Below, one piece after another: positions 37,715 through 50,957 of a stretch of 64,000 bases of DNA; position 1 is the first letter of the stretch, and every line of letters starts with the position of its first letter. Origin of the DNA: Macrostomum lignano (Eukaryota); assembly GCA_002269645.1 (NCBI GenBank), contig NIVC01002271.1:124001-188000 (forward strand). Reading direction: 5' to 3'. Position numbers and translations under genes: made by a program. The notes beneath the pieces were generated by a model, which saw only the letters and a program-made list of their open reading frames with translations, had not been told where the DNA came from and made no database searches.

Positions 37715-38360
37715 CTCTTTTCCCTCTCCGTCCTCCATTTCTCCCCTCTGTCTCCCCTCCCTCTCCGTCTCTTTCCCCCTCTCTCTCTCTCCTCTCTCTC
37801 CCTCTTTCTCTCCCCTCTGTCTCTCCACTCTCCCTCCTCTCTCTCCGTCTCTCTCTACTCTCTCTCCCCTCTGTCTCCCCTCCCTCTCCTCTCTCCCTCT
37901 TTCTTCCCCCTCTCTCTCCTCTCCACTCTTCTCTCCACTCTCTCTCCTCTCTCCCTCCTCTCTCTCCCGTCTCTCTCCCTCTCTCTTCCCTCTCTCTCCT
38001 TCTCTCTCCCCTCTGTCTCCCCTCCCTCTCCTCTCTCCCTCTTTCTTTCCCCTCTCTCTTCTCTCCACTCTCTCTCCTCTCTCCCTCCTCTCTCTCCCTC
38101 TCTCTTCCCTCTCTCTCCTTCTCTCTCCCCTCTGTCTCCCCTCCCTCTCCTCTCTCCCTCTTTCTTTCCCCTCTCTCTTCTCTCCACTCTCTCTCCTCTC
38201 TCTCTCTCTCCTCTCTCCCTCCTCTCTCTCCCCTCTCTCTCCTTCTCTCTCCCCTCTCTCTCCTTCTCTCCCCTCTCTCTCCCTCTCTCTCCCCCATCTC
38301 TTTCCCTCTCTCTTTCCCCTCTCTCCTTCTCTCTTTCTCCCTCTCGCTCTCCCTCTCGCC
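37715..38360. repeat. CT-rich low-complexity tract in intron 1 of the otopetrin pseudogene
   Basis: Degenerate (CT)n with internal duplications. Confidence 0.92.
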
Positions 38361-38964
38361 CTATCCCTATCTCTGGATTAAAGTCACCCCAGTTTGGTCC
38401 TGAGCAGCCTCACAGCAGTGCGGCGTCAACAGCAGAGGTGGCTGTCTTGCAATCCAAACGAAGAACGCAACTAAGAAAACGATGGCAATCCCGTACAATC
38501 CGATGTAGAAACCTGCCAGGGCCCATCTCGGGAACGGCCTGGAGCTCGACTGTGGCAACATGAAACCAACAACTGTCAGCGATTGAGTATAGCAGAGAAA
38601 CAGTTGGAATGAAGCTGTTGCTATGCATCACCGCATTAGTAGTATAATGGTAGACAGAGAAATAAAAGTTAGTTAAGTTACGATAAAGTTTATAAAAGGC
38701 TTAAAAACAGGATCTAATTAAATTAATTTATATCCTTGATACTTTATATCAATATTGTCTACTGTAAGTTTGCCTCGCTCACAGCTTGAATCTTGTAAAG
38801 TAAGGAGTACACAATTGTTGTACATTGTGTTGAATAGAGTATTGCGAGTACTTGCACTGTACTTAGCTGAATGGACAATACGAACCTCTGAGTTTTGGAG
38901 TGAGAAGTGTAAGCCGAAAGATGTTAAACTGATAACTATTTCATTTAAATGATATTGTATCGCA

Positions 38965-40520
38965 AAATAGTGTTGTATTGTGGCGCTAAATTGTGTGCTA
39001 TTGTGGCGCTAAATTGTGTGCTTTTGTGGCGCTAAATTGTGTGCTATTGTGGCGCTAAATTGTGTGATATTGTGGCGCTAAATTGTGTGCTATTGTGGCG
39101 CTAAATTGTGTGCTATTGTGGCGCTAAATTGTGTGATATTGTGGCGCTAAATTGTGTGATATTGTGGCGCTAAATTGTGTAATATTGTGGCGCTAAATTT
39201 TGCAATATTGTGGCGCTAAAATTTGTAATATTGTGGCGCTAAATTTTGTAATATTGTGGCGCTAAAATTTGTAATATTGTGGCGCTAAATTGTGTGATAT
39301 TGTGGCGCTAAAATGTGTAATATTGTGACGCTAAATAGTCAAATATTGTGGCGCTAAACCGTAAAATATTGTAGCGCTAAATTGTGCAATATTGTGACGC
39401 TAAATCGTGAAATATTGTGGCGCTAAACCGTGAAATATTTTGGCGCTAAATTGTGTGATATTGTGGCGCTAAATTGTGAAATATTGTAGCGCTAAATTGT
39501 GTGCTATTGTGGCACTAAATTGTGAAATATTGTGGGGCTAAATATTGAAATATTGTGACCCTAAATTGTGTAATATTGTAGCGCTAAATTTTGTAATATT
39601 GTAGCGCTAAATTGTGCAATATTGTGACGCTAAATCGTGAAATATTGTGGCGCTAAACCGTGAAATATTTTGGCGCTAAATTGTGTGATATTGTAGCGCT
39701 AAATTGTGTAATATTGTAGCGCTAAATTGTGCAATATTGTGACGCTAAATCGTGAAATATTGTGGCGCTAAATCGTGAAATATTGTAGCGCTAAATTGTG
39801 TGATATTGTGGCGCTAAATTGTGTAATATTGTAGCGCTAAATTGTGCAATATTGTGACGCTAAATCGTGAAATATTGTGGCGCTAAACCGTGAAATATTT
39901 TGGCGCTAAATTGTGTGATATTGTAGCGCTTAATTGTGTAATATTGTAGCGCTAAATTGTGCAATATTGTGACGCTAAATCGTGAAATATTGTGGCGCTA
40001 AATCGTGAAATATTGTAGCGCTAAATTGTGTGATATTGTGGCGCTAAATTGTGCAATATTGTAGCGCTAAATTGTGCAATATTGTGACGCTAAATCGTGA
40101 AATATTGTGGCGCTAAATCGTGAAATATTGTAGCGCTAAATTGTGTGATATTGTGGCGCTAAATTGTGTAATATTGTAGCGCTAAATTGTGCAATATTGT
40201 GACGCTAAATCGTGAAATATTGTGGCGCTAAATCGTGAAATATTTTAGCGCTAAATTGTGTGATAGTGTGGCGCTAAATTGTGTAATATTGTAGCGCTAA
40301 ATTGTGCAATATTGTGACGCTAAATCGTAAAATATTGTGGCGCTAAATCGTGAAATATTGTAGCGCTAAATTGTGTGATATTGTGGCGCAAAATTGTGTA
40401 ATATTGTGGCTCTAAATCGTGAAATATTGGGGCGCTAAATTGTGTGATAATGTGGCGCTAAATTGTGTGACATTGTTGCGCTAAATCGTGTGATATTGTG
40501 GCGCTAAATTGTGTGAAATT
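38965..40520. repeat. 23-bp AT-rich minisatellite (TATTGTGGCGCTAAATTGTGTGA)n with higher-order variant blocks
   Basis: Period 23; variant triplets recur in order. Confidence 0.95.
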
Positions 40521-41087
40521 GCGGAGCCAAAATTTTAGTGATAGTGTGCAGCAATAGTTTAAAATGATCCTTTTTGTTTTACAGAAAGAATTTTGTTTTA
40601 CTGACGTAACTGGTATTTAAAGTATCTATGGATAAAATCATAAATACCTGGAATGAACAGAATCAAAGAGTTAACACGATAATAAAATACGGATGCAGTT
40701 GACCGGGTCACCGAAAAATTCGGTTTTATAATTCATAGCTTATTGACTGTGTAACGAAATGTGTAATAGAATGATAGAATGATAAAATAGATCCATAAAT
40801 ATTAGAGGACATGTACGTAGAAAATTAAAATACAATTACTAAAATCCTAATTTTATAAACGAAAAAAATTATGAATATCAATAGTCAATAAATCGATTTG
40901 GCAGGCAAGACATATAAAACGATCAACATTGGTTTACCTCCTATCAAAAGCAATAACTATTTTTGTGCTAAAAAAATGAAAATGAAAAAATGAAAAATGA
41001 AAGTGTTTTTTAGTAAAAAAAATTCCTCCTAAAATTTTCCAATACATTCTAAACCTAGTCTACTTAAGTAGTCCTTGTAAGGCAAGG

Positions 41088-44000
41088 AGACTCAGGTGCA
41101 GTGTGGGATGAAGACAGGAGATGCAGGTGCAGTGTGGGATGAAGACAGGAGATGCAGGTGCAGTGTGAGATGAAGACAGGAGATGCAGGTGCAGTGTGGG
41201 ATGAAGACAGGAGATGCAAGTGCAGTGTGGGATGAAGACAGGAGATGCAGGTGCAGTGTGGGATGAAGACAGGAGATGCAGGTGCAGTGTGGGATGAAGA
41301 CAGGAGATGCAAGTGCAGTGTGAGATGAAGACAGGAGATGCAGGTGCAGTGTGGGATGAAGACAGGAGATGCAAGTGCAGTGTGGGATGAAGACAGGAGA
41401 TGCAAGTGCAGTGTGGGATGAAGACAGGAGATGCAGGTGCAGTGTGGGATGAAGACAGGAGATGCAGGTGCAGTGTGGGATGAAGACAGGAGATGCAGGT
41501 GCAGTGTGAGATAGAGACAGGAGATGCAGGTGCAGTGTGAGATAGAGACAGACAGGAGATGCAAGTGCAGTGTGAGATAGAGACAGGAGATGCAGGTGCA
41601 GTGTGAGATCGAGACAGGAGATGCAAGTGCAGTGTAAGATCGAGACAGGAGATGCAGGTGCAGTGTGAAATGAAGACAGGAGATGCAAGTGCAGTGTGAG
41701 ATAGAGACAGGAGATGCAGGTGCAGTGTGAGATCGAGACAGGAGATGCAAGTGCAGTGTAAGATCGAGACAGGAGATGCAGGTGCAGTGTGAAATGAAGA
41801 CAGGAGATGCAAGTGCAGTGTGAGATAGAGACAGGAGATGCAAGTGCAGTGTGAGATAGAGACAGGAGATGCAGGTACAGTGTGAGATAGAGACAGGAGA
41901 TGCAGGTGCAGTGTGAGATAGAGACAGGAGATGCAGGTGCAGTGTGGGATGAAGACAGGAGATGCAAGTGCAGTGTGAGATAGAGACAGGAGATGCAAGT
42001 GCAGTGTGAGATAGAGACAGGAGATGCAGGTGCAGTGTGAGATAGAGACAGGAGATGCAAGTGCAGTGTGAGATAGAGACAGGAGATGCAAGTGCAGTGT
42101 GAGATAGAGACAGGAGATGCAAGTGCAGTGTGAGATAGAGACAGGAGATGCAGGTGCAGTGTGGGATGAAGACAGGAGATGCAGGTGCAGTGTGAGATAG
42201 AGACAGGAGATGCAAGTGCAGTGTGAGATAGAGACAGGAGATGCAGGTACAGTGTGAAATGAAGACAGGAGATGCAGGTGCAGTGTGAGATAGAGACAGG
42301 AGATGCAAGTGCAGTGTGAGATAGAGACAGGAGATGCAGGTGCAGTGTGAAATGAAGACAGGAGATGCAGGTGCAGTGTGAGATCGAGACAAGAGATGCA
42401 GATGCAGTGTGAGATCGAGACAGTAGATGCAGGTGCAGTGTGGGATGAAGACAGGAGATGCAAGTGCAGTGTGAGATGAAGACAGGAGATGCAGGTGCAG
42501 TGTGGGATGAAGACAGGAGATGCAGGTGCAGTGTGGGATGAAGACAGGAGACTCAGGTGCAGTGTGAGATAGAGACAGGAGATGCAGGTGCAGTGTGGAA
42601 TGAAGACAGGAGATGCAAGTGCAGTGTGAGATGAAGACAGGAGATGCAGGTGCAGTGTGGGATGAAGACAGGAGATGCAGGTGCAGTGTGGGATAGAGAC
42701 AGGAGATGCAGGTGCAGTGTGGGATAGAGACAGGAGATGCAGGTGCAGTGTGGGATGAAGACAGGAGATGCAGGTGCAATGTGGGATGAAGACAGGAGAC
42801 TCAGGTGCAGTGTGGGATGAAGACAGGAGATGCAAGTGCAGTGTGAGATAGAGACAGGAGACTCAGGTGCAGTGTGAGATAGAGACAGGAGACTCAGGTG
42901 CAATGTGGGATGAAGACAGGAGACTCAGGTGCAGTGTGGGATGAAGACAGGAGATGCAAGTGCAGTGTGAGATGAAGACAGGAGATGCAGGTGCAGTGTG
43001 GGATGAAGACAGGAGATGCAAGTGCAGTGTGGGATGAAGACAGGAGATGCAAGTGCAGTGTGGGATGAAGACAGGAGATGCAGGTGCAGTGTGGGATGAA
43101 GACAGGAGATGCAGGTGCAGTGTGAGATAGAGACAGGAGATGCAGGTGCAGTGTGAGATAGAGACAGACAGGAGATGCAAGTGCAGTGTGAGATAGAGAC
43201 AGGAGATGCAGGTGCAGTGTGAGATCGAGACAGGAGATGCAAGTGCAGTGTAAGATAGAGACAGGAGATGCAGGTACAGTGTGAGATAGAGACAGGAGAT
43301 GCAAGTGCAGTGTGAGATCGAGACAGGAGATGCAAGTGCAGTGTGAGATAGAGACAGGAGATGCAAGTGCAGTGTGAGATAGAGACAGGAGATGCAAGTG
43401 CAGTGTGAGATAGAGACAGGAGATGCAAGTGCAGTGTGAGATAGAGACAGGAGATGCAGGTGCAGTGTGGGATGAAGACAGGAGATGCAGGTGCAGTGTG
43501 AGATAGAGACAGGAGATGCAAGTGCAGTGTGAGATAGAGACAGGAGATGCAGGTACAGTGTGAGACAGAGACAGGAGATGCAGGTGCAGTGTGAGACAGA
43601 GACAGGAGATGCAGGTGCAGTGTGAGATAGAGACAGGAGATGCAAGTGCAGTGTGAGATCGAGACAGGAGATGCAAGTGCAGTGTGAGATAGAGACAGGA
43701 GATGCAGGTGCAGTGTGAGATCGAGACAGGAGATGCAGGTGCAGTGTGGGATGAAGACAGGAGATGCAGGTGCAGTGTGAGATAGAGACAGAAGATGCAA
43801 GTGCAGTGTGAGATCGAGACAGGAGATGCAAGTGCAGTGTGAGATAGAGACAGGAGATGCAAGTGCAGTGTGAGATAGAGACAGGAGATGCAAGTGCAGT
43901 GTGAGATAGAGACAGGAGATGCAAGTGCAGTGTGAGATAGAGACAGGAGATGCAGGTGCAGTGTGGGATGAAGACAGGAGATGCAGGTGCAGTGTGAGAT

Positions 44001-44575
44001 AGAGACAGGAGATGCAAGTGCAGTGTGAGATAGAGACAGGAGATGCAGGTACAGTGTGAGACAGAGACAGGAGATGCAAGTGCAGTGTGAGATAGAGACA
44101 GGAGATGCAAGTGCAGTGTGAGATCGAGACAGGAGATGCAAGTGCAGTGTGAGATAGAGACAGGAGATGCAAGTGCAGTGTGAGATCGAGACAGGAGATG
44201 CAGGTGCAGTGTGAGATAGAGACAGGAGATGCAAGTGCAGTGTGAGATCGAGACAGGAGATGCAGATGCAGTGTGAGATAGAGACAGGAGATGCAAGTGC
44301 AGTGTAAGATAGAGACAGGAGATGCAGATGCAGTGTGAGATCGAGACAAGAGATGCAGGTGCAGTGTGAGATAGAGACAGGAGATGCAGGTACAGTGTGA
44401 AATGAAGACAGGAGATGCAGGTGCAGTGTGAGATCGAGACAGGAGATGCAGGTGCAGTGTGAAATGAAGACAGGAGATGCAGGTGCAGTGTGAGATCGAG
44501 ACAAGAGATGCAGATGCAGTGTGAGATCGAGACAGTAGATGCAGGTGCAGTGTGAAATGAAGACAGGAGAGATGC
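41088..44575. repeat. 31-bp minisatellite (GCAGGTGCAGTGTGAGATAGAGACAGGAGAT)n, ~3.5 kb
   Basis: Period 31; accounts for the SHTAPASPV/HCTCISC ORFs. Confidence 0.97.
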
Positions 44576-44612
44576 AGATGCAGTGGTGCTGCTGGCGGTC
44601 CTTCAGGCTCCC

Positions 44613-46355
44613 TCAGTCCTGGACAAAGCGCAGCACTAGTGCTCCTTCAGGCTTGCTCTGCACCGTTGTCTGCCTTCGACACTGGCTCAGCTTTCGTCGT
44701 GGCAAGCTGCACAGTCCGGCGAACACTTTGCTGTAGATCGCCAGCATCTGCAGCTGCCGCGCCCGCATCAGGTAGTCGGTGTTGGGCGACACAACCGACA
44801 GTCGGTCAGACAGAAAAGCGATCAACACGTTGAAGAAGAACAGCACGAGAACAACCTGAATGAAGACGAGCGCAAGGCCGAGTCGTCTCAGAGAGTCGGC
44901 TGAGAAGCCCTCTCCGAGGATCACAGCTCGGTAGAATCCCAGCCAGAGACCAGTCGGCATCACATTGAAAGATTGCTGGAAAATTGGCTCGCACGGAATC
45001 ATTGCTGCGAACATCCAGGAGGCGTTGGCAAGCATCAGGCTGACCAGGACGAACAGCCAGCAGAGCATGTCCATCAGGCACCACATTTGGAAGAACATCC
45101 GATCTAGCAGGCCAAGTTCGAAGAACACTGCAACCAGACCTAGCAGCATGCCAATGAGGAACATGGCATCAAGCACACCCATCAGACTGTTGGGCAGTTG
45201 ATGAAACTGACCGGTGCAAAACGTATTCGCTTGGATAGAGAGAGTAAAAGCAAAAGAAACTGGCCACAATGGAATTATTAGAGCTGGCGAGAACCATTTG
45301 AAATCGGACAGGAACGTCTGCAAGAGTCGGACAATCGTACTTTTGTTCGTTGATGCAGCAACTTTCAGGATGTGAAATCTGGCAACAACAATGGCTATTT
45401 TACGAATTAAGAAAACGGCACACAAAGTATAAACAAATATTTCCGGCACTGCAACTCCGCTGTCATTTTCCGAGTCACCGATGCTGTGTAACAGATCGTT
45501 AAACTCGCAGCTGGTATTGCATTCCGTCCCGGATTTCACTTTGCGGTAAAATGTTGGCGCAGTGGTAATTCCGATACCGCACAGCAGCGCAATGCAAAAC
45601 ACGGCGTTTATCCACAGCAGCTTTTTGTTTCGCGACAGAGTCTCAGCCGACCAGCGCGCGATGACGTCGGAGTCCCAGAAGCGCTTCAGCGAGTCGTCCA
45701 GCGGCTCCGCGTCCCGCGTCATGTCGGCCAGCATCGTCAGCGGACTCGTGTCTCGCCTGTCGCCCCTTGGGAAGCTGTACTCGCTGAGGTCCACACAGCG
45801 CAGTCTCACTGCTCCTGCATCAATCAGGCTGCTGCAGTACCTGCTGCTGCAGTGCAGAATCCAGTGAGCCACTGAGAACTGCCGCCTGTTCACTGCCAGC
45901 TCCAGCGCATTCAGTCCCAGCGCTTCCTTGTCCAACAGCTGGCACAGCTGCTCAGAGACCTGCTCATCGCTGCTGTGCAACTGCTGCAGAAAGCTCACAG
46001 CCTGCTGTTGGAGAGACTCACAATTCACAATCCACAGCTTGACGATGAGGCAGTGGACTGGGCAGCAGTCAGCATCCTTCATCACTTGCTGGCTTGTCGT
46101 CTCGAGCAGGTAGCGGAAGCAGTCGGGAGCCAGGCTGCAGCAGCTCAGCTCGATGAGAGACGTGTGCTGCGACAGGAGCTGGGCGAATGCGGCTCCGTCA
46201 GCGGAGCACGGGATGAAGTCGTGGGCGGCGTGAGGGAAGCTGAGCCGGTCAGATGCAGAGTCCCTGCTGCTCAGCAGCCTCTTCAGCGATGCCAAATCGT
46301 CCTTTTTCAAGATTTTTGAAATCCTGGAGTCACTGGAACCGGACTCTGGCGCCAT
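44613..46355 (-). CDS. Divergent TRPV-like cation channel, single exon, 580 aa
   Basis: Last-ankyrin-like GLNALELAVNRRQFSVAHWIL; linker CVDLSEY...SPLTML (compare TRPV LYDLTEID...SLLEL); six hydrophobic segments with a pore loop FYRAVILGEG; S6 FFFNVLIAFLSD (compare LNLLIAMMGDT); TRP-box-like YLMRARQL; C-terminal LVLRFVQD. Confidence 0.72.
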   Translation of the reverse strand: MAPESGSSDSRISKILKKDDLASLKRLLSSRDSASDRLSFPHAAHDFIPCSADGAAFAQLLSQHTSLIELSCCSLAPDCFRYLLETTSQQVMKDADCCPVHCLIVKLWIVNCESLQQQAVSFLQQLHSSDEQVSEQLCQLLDKEALGLNALELAVNRRQFSVAHWILHCSSRYCSSLIDAGAVRLRCVDLSEYSFPRGDRRDTSPLTMLADMTRDAEPLDDSLKRFWDSDVIARWSAETLSRNKKLLWINAVFCIALLCGIGITTAPTFYRKVKSGTECNTSCEFNDLLHSIGDSENDSGVAVPEIFVYTLCAVFLIRKIAIVVARFHILKVAASTNKSTIVRLLQTFLSDFKWFSPALIIPLWPVSFAFTLSIQANTFCTGQFHQLPNSLMGVLDAMFLIGMLLGLVAVFFELGLLDRMFFQMWCLMDMLCWLFVLVSLMLANASWMFAAMIPCEPIFQQSFNVMPTGLWLGFYRAVILGEGFSADSLRRLGLALVFIQVVLVLFFFNVLIAFLSDRLSVVSPNTDYLMRARQLQMLAIYSKVFAGLCSLPRRKLSQCRRQTTVQSKPEGALVLRFVQD

Positions 46356-46899
46356 TTTCTCTGCTGATGGAGTTCCGTCGGGTCAAATGGGAGTGGAGTA
46401 TAGCCGTGGATTGGTGACAGACTAGTGCAGCTTCATCAATAAATAAGATGAGACACTGACTGGCATCCGTAACTGTTAGACCTCAGTATTGATTTTGTCT
46501 CCCAATATAAACGAAAAATTAACGCAGAATTGTTTGACTTATCATTACAGTTTTTAGTAGCCATGCAGGTTTTCTATTTGCTGTGCGAGCACACTGCAAT
46601 TAAACAGCTTGATCTGATAATGTAAATTTTAGTATTTCAGTGTGTGATTGACAGTCAATTAAAACCTTATTTACCCAAGGTTTGCGAGCAAACAAATGCA
46701 GACAGCTCAGGCTGGATGACCATAAAAGCATTAGCAAATTAATTTATCAGTTTGTTACTACATTAATCTGTAATTAATCATTTAATCTGTCTATGGCCAG
46801 AATGCATCGAAACACTTGCGAACTTACAACCGTGTATAAGAAAGGTATGAGAGAAAGACTACTGCTGGCTAATAATAAAAATAATTGATTACACCTTCC

Positions 46900-47180
46900 C
46901 CTATTGGGCCAGATGTGCAACCGACAGCTCAGCCGCAGCTATTGCGTGGTGCATCTGAAGGCTGCGTACGGCTGTTCAGTCCAAGGACTGGGGGGGGGGG
47001 TCACCACACACCCTCAATTACCCCAGCTAATGCTGGTGCACATTTTACAGCTGGGTGAACTGAAGCAATGCAGAGTTAAGTGTCTTGCTTAAGGACACAA
47101 ACTGTTCCGAGTTGGGATCGAGAAAGGAACCCCCGACCTTCAAGACGTGAGTCCGACGCTCTAGCCACTGGGCTAAAACC
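46900..47180 (-). mobile_element. tRNA-derived SINE with a CORE-like central domain
   Basis: Minus-strand head TAGCCCAGTGG (A box, 47175-47165) and an interrupted B box GGTTC..GATCCC. On the plus strand, 47041-47098 CATTTTACAGCTGGGTGAACTGAAGCAATGCAGAGTTAAGTGTCTTGCTTAAGGACACA resembles the MIR/CORE reverse consensus. The 3' boundary is approximate. Confidence 0.65.
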
Positions 47181-47192
47181 CCTGGGTTACAG

Positions 47193-47290
47193 ACTAGCCG
47201 ATATTAATAGTCTATGGCCAAAGCTGTTGATCCTGTCTGACTTTAACGACTCGCCAGCAGCCATCGAAACCAGTCCATGGCTTTCACCCA
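47193..47290 (+). repeat. ~90-bp dispersed duplicate, copy 1 (copy 2 at ~50958-51037)
   Basis: GACTAGCCGATAT(T/G)AATAGTCTATGGCCAAAGCT(G/A)TTGAT(C/T)CTGTCTGACTTTA(A/C)CGACT...AGTCCATGGCTTTCACCC is shared by both copies. Confidence 0.85.
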
Positions 47291-48025
47291 AGAAAATGGA
47301 CATTGCCATTGGAAGTATTGAGCTGGCAGATAGCGGATTTTTACTTAATATTTCTTGTTGCTAAGAAAGCTACACGATCTGACTTCTGATCTGAGTTTCT
47401 TTCACAGATTTGACAAGATTTTGCGAAAAGTATTTCAAGCTGTCGCCTGATATAACTTTTGGCGAACTTTTGGCCTGCCAATTTTTAAAACAAGCACAGG
47501 TTTTGCCTCGCATGCTGAATGGTAAAAATATAATAGCAACGAATAAGCTTGCTTCTGAAAAGTCACTGTGAAAAAGGAATAATGTTTTAAATCATTCTGA
47601 TAGTTTAAACTGCTTTATAGATTACCTTGAAAAATCACTATCTGTAAAGTAATCAACTATCCCTGTAACGAAAATTACACTCGAAAATTCATGAAATTTA
47701 GAGTACTTTTTAAGCGACTTCAAATTCAGCAAATGAGTGATTTCATCTCAACTAATTCAAAGCATAATATACTACTAAACTAATTTCAAACTTTATAGTA
47801 GTCAAATTAGCATTTTCGAGTACAATAATGACACGTGTAGACGCAGAAACGCGTACTGCACGGTTCAGAATATTAATTTGATGGGGAATCTGGGTCAGGC
47901 CCAATGACAGCTTTTTCCTCTGTGAAAGCTGCTATAAAAACTGCGGAGAACTGCATGTGCTCACAGCTAGAAATATAAACCTTAACCGCTGACAAGAACT
48001 CCGCCACATCGCCACAGAACATATC

Positions 48026-48313
48026 ATGCCTGTCTACTCACGAAAGACCGCCATTGTATCGCGCGTTGTCATGGTAGCGGCATTCATTGGTTGCCTGTTT
48101 GTCCTAATTGCAACAACACAAACGGCGGAAGCTGCCATTGTCCGAGCAACCGAAGACTCCTATGCCGACCTCTTGGACGCCGGCGCTGGAGGATTCGATT
48201 TGAGAAGCAAACGCGGTCCCGAACTCATGATGCTGCGCTTGATGCAGTGCCGTTGGTACCGCAGTCACAACTGGGTTGCCCCTAAAGAAATGCACTGCTC
48301 TAAGCTTATCTAA
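48026..48313 (+). CDS. Secreted peptide precursor A (95 aa): signal peptide, acidic propeptide, KR site, 32-aa two-Cys mature peptide
   Basis: Hydrophobic N-terminus ending AEA; acidic spacer; SKR|GPELMMLRLMQCRWYRSHNWVAPKEMHCSKLI. TATAAA-like boxes lie upstream (~47933, ~47974) and AATAAA downstream (~48359). The paralog at 51176 supports coding status. Confidence 0.8.
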   Translation: MPVYSRKTAIVSRVVMVAAFIGCLFVLIATTQTAEAAIVRATEDSYADLLDAGAGGFDLRSKRGPELMMLRLMQCRWYRSHNWVAPKEMHCSKLI

Positions 48314-48479
48314 CTGAATCTAATTGTGGAACTCATGGCTTGTGAAACCGATTCTAAAATAAATCGAGAAAAATAAAAACTAATAAACCCGACATCAAAT
48401 AGTTCAGAAAATAGTGAATTATAACTGAGAAATGTTTTTTGTGACTTTGTTTCTTATCATTCATATATTATATCTTAGC

Positions 48480-50370
48480 GAGTGGGTTCATGAGTGATTT
48501 AATGAATGAGTTCATTAGTGTTTTCATGAGTGAGTTCATGAGTGATTTAATGAATGAGTTCATGAGTGTTTTCATGAAAGAGTTCATAGTGATTTAATGA
48601 ATGAGTTCATGAGAGATTTAATGAATGGGTTCATAAGTGAGTTCATGAGTGAGTTCATAAGTGATTTAATGAATGAGTTCATGAGAGATTTAATGAATGA
48701 GTTCATGAGTGATTTAATGAATGGGTTCATGAGAGATTTAATGAATGAGTTCATTAGTGATTTAATGAATGAGTTCATGAGTGATTTAATGAATGAGTTC
48801 ATGAGTGATTTAATGAATGAGTTCATTAGTGTTTTCATGAGTGAGTTCATGAGTGATTTAATGAATGAGTTCATGAGTGATTTAATGAAAGAGTTCATAG
48901 TGATTTAATCAATGAGTTCATGAGAGATTTAATGAATGGGTTCATAAGTGAGTTCATGAGTGAGTTCATGAGTGAGTTCATAAGAGATTTAATGAATGAG
49001 TTCATGAGTGTTTTCATGAAAGAGTTCATGAGTGATTTAATGAATGAGTTCATGAGAGATTTAATGAATGAGTTCATGAGAGATTAAATGAATGAGTTCA
49101 TGAGTGATTTAATGAATGAGTTCATGAGAGATTTAATGAATGGGTTCATGAGAGATTTAATGAATGAGTTCATTAGTGATTTAATGAATGAGTTCATGAG
49201 TGATTTAATGAATGAGTTCATGAGTGATTTAATGAATGAGTTCATTAGTGTTTTCATGAGTGAGTTCATTAGTGTTTTCATGAGTGAGTTCATGAGTGAT
49301 TTAATGAATGGGTTCATGAGTGATTTAATGAATGGGTTCATGAGTGATTTAATGAATGGGTTCATGAGTGATTTCATGAGTGAGTTCATGAGAGATTTAA
49401 TGAATGAGTTCATGAGAGATTTAATGAATGGGTTCATGAGAGATTTAATGAATGGGTTCATAAGTGATTTCATGAGTGAGTTCATGAGTGATTTAATGAA
49501 TAAGTTCATCAGTGTTTTCATGAGTGAGTTCATTAGTGTTTTCATGAGTGAGTTCATGAGTGATTTAATGAATGAGTTCATGAGAGATTTAATGAATGGG
49601 TTCATAAGTGATTTCATGAGTGAGTTCATGAGTGATTTAATGAATGAGTTCATGAGAGATTTAATGAATGAGTTCATGAGAGATTAAATGAATGAGTTCA
49701 TGAGTGATTTAATGAATGAGTTCATGAGAGATTTAATGAATGGGTTCATGAGAGATTTAATGAATGAGTTCATGAGTGATTTAATGAATGGGTTCATGAG
49801 AGATTTAATGAATGAGTTCATGAGTGATTTAATGAATGAGTTCATGAGAGATTTAATGAATGAGTTCATGAGTGATTTAATGAATGAGTTCATGAGTGAT
49901 TTAATGAATGAGTTCATGAGTGATTTAATGAATGGGTTCATGAGAGATTTAATGAATGAGTTCATGAGAGATTTAATGAATGAGTTCATGAGTGATTTAA
50001 TGAATGAGTTCATGAGTGATTTAATGAATGAGTTCATGAGTGATTTAATGAATGAGTTCATGAGAGATGTAATGAATGAGTTCATGAGTGATTTAATGAA
50101 TGAGTTCATGAGAGATTTAATAAATGGGTTCATAAGTGATTTCATGAGTGAGTTCATGAGTGAGTTCATGAGTGATTTAATGAGTGAGTTCATGAGTGAG
50201 TTCATGAGTGATTTAATGAATGAGTTCATGAGTGATTTAATGAGTGAGTTCATGAGTGAGTTGATAAGTGATTTAATGAATAAGTTCATGAATTAGTTTA
50301 TGAGTGAGTTGATTAGTGAGTGAGTTGATGAGTGATTTCATGAATGAGTGAGTGAGTGAGTGAGTCCATG
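48480..50370. repeat. 24-bp (12-bp subunit) satellite (TGAGTTCATGAGTGATTTAATGAA)n between the two peptide genes
   Basis: About 1.9 kb array; explains the MNEFMSDL ORFs. Confidence 0.96.
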
Positions 50371-50957
50371 AATGCGTTGGTGACAGAGTTCATGCGATGG
50401 ATATATGCGATAGAACATGACACTAAAGCTGAGTGACTGCATGACTGGGCGAGATCGCGTGGGCGAGCACATGGTATTTAGGATGATTGCTAAAATGGAG
50501 AATTAATTTTTCTTAGTCCTTTGAACGAGAATGGACTGACACAAGTGCATATGCGAGCCTACAAGTGCATAGAAACTGAAGCTTGGCGATGAGCAATGAA
50601 GCAAATATAACACGTGACAATTTTTCTGACACTTGAATAAAAGGTCAGGCATATGCGATTGCTGTCTCATCCAATTTTTTTTCTGTAGCTGTCGTCAAAC
50701 AGTTTGATCTTCAGTCAATCAATCATGAACTGCTCTGAAAATAGACCCTCGATCCTACAGTTTTATGATTATTAACAATTGATAACTTGTCAAAGCTGCG
50801 CTAGCAAAGTCTCTAGAATGACAGAAATGGACTTTTATAATGATGAAATGAAACCTCAGTTTAGCAGCGAAGCCTAAAGAATCGAAAAAGTACATTAAGT
50901 TTTTAATTCAATCGCATACAAATGAGAGAGAGATAGAAGGACTAAACGACTGCTGCT

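Noticed and set aside
41060-44504. Very long Cys/His-rich ORFs (up to 591 aa) resembling metal-binding proteins
   Set aside because: They are translations of a 31-bp non-coding array, open in all three minus frames only because the unit lacks stops.
47110-47180. tRNA gene (also 2500-2570)
   Set aside because: A/B boxes are present but no acceptor stem or cloverleaf forms; better explained as SINE heads.
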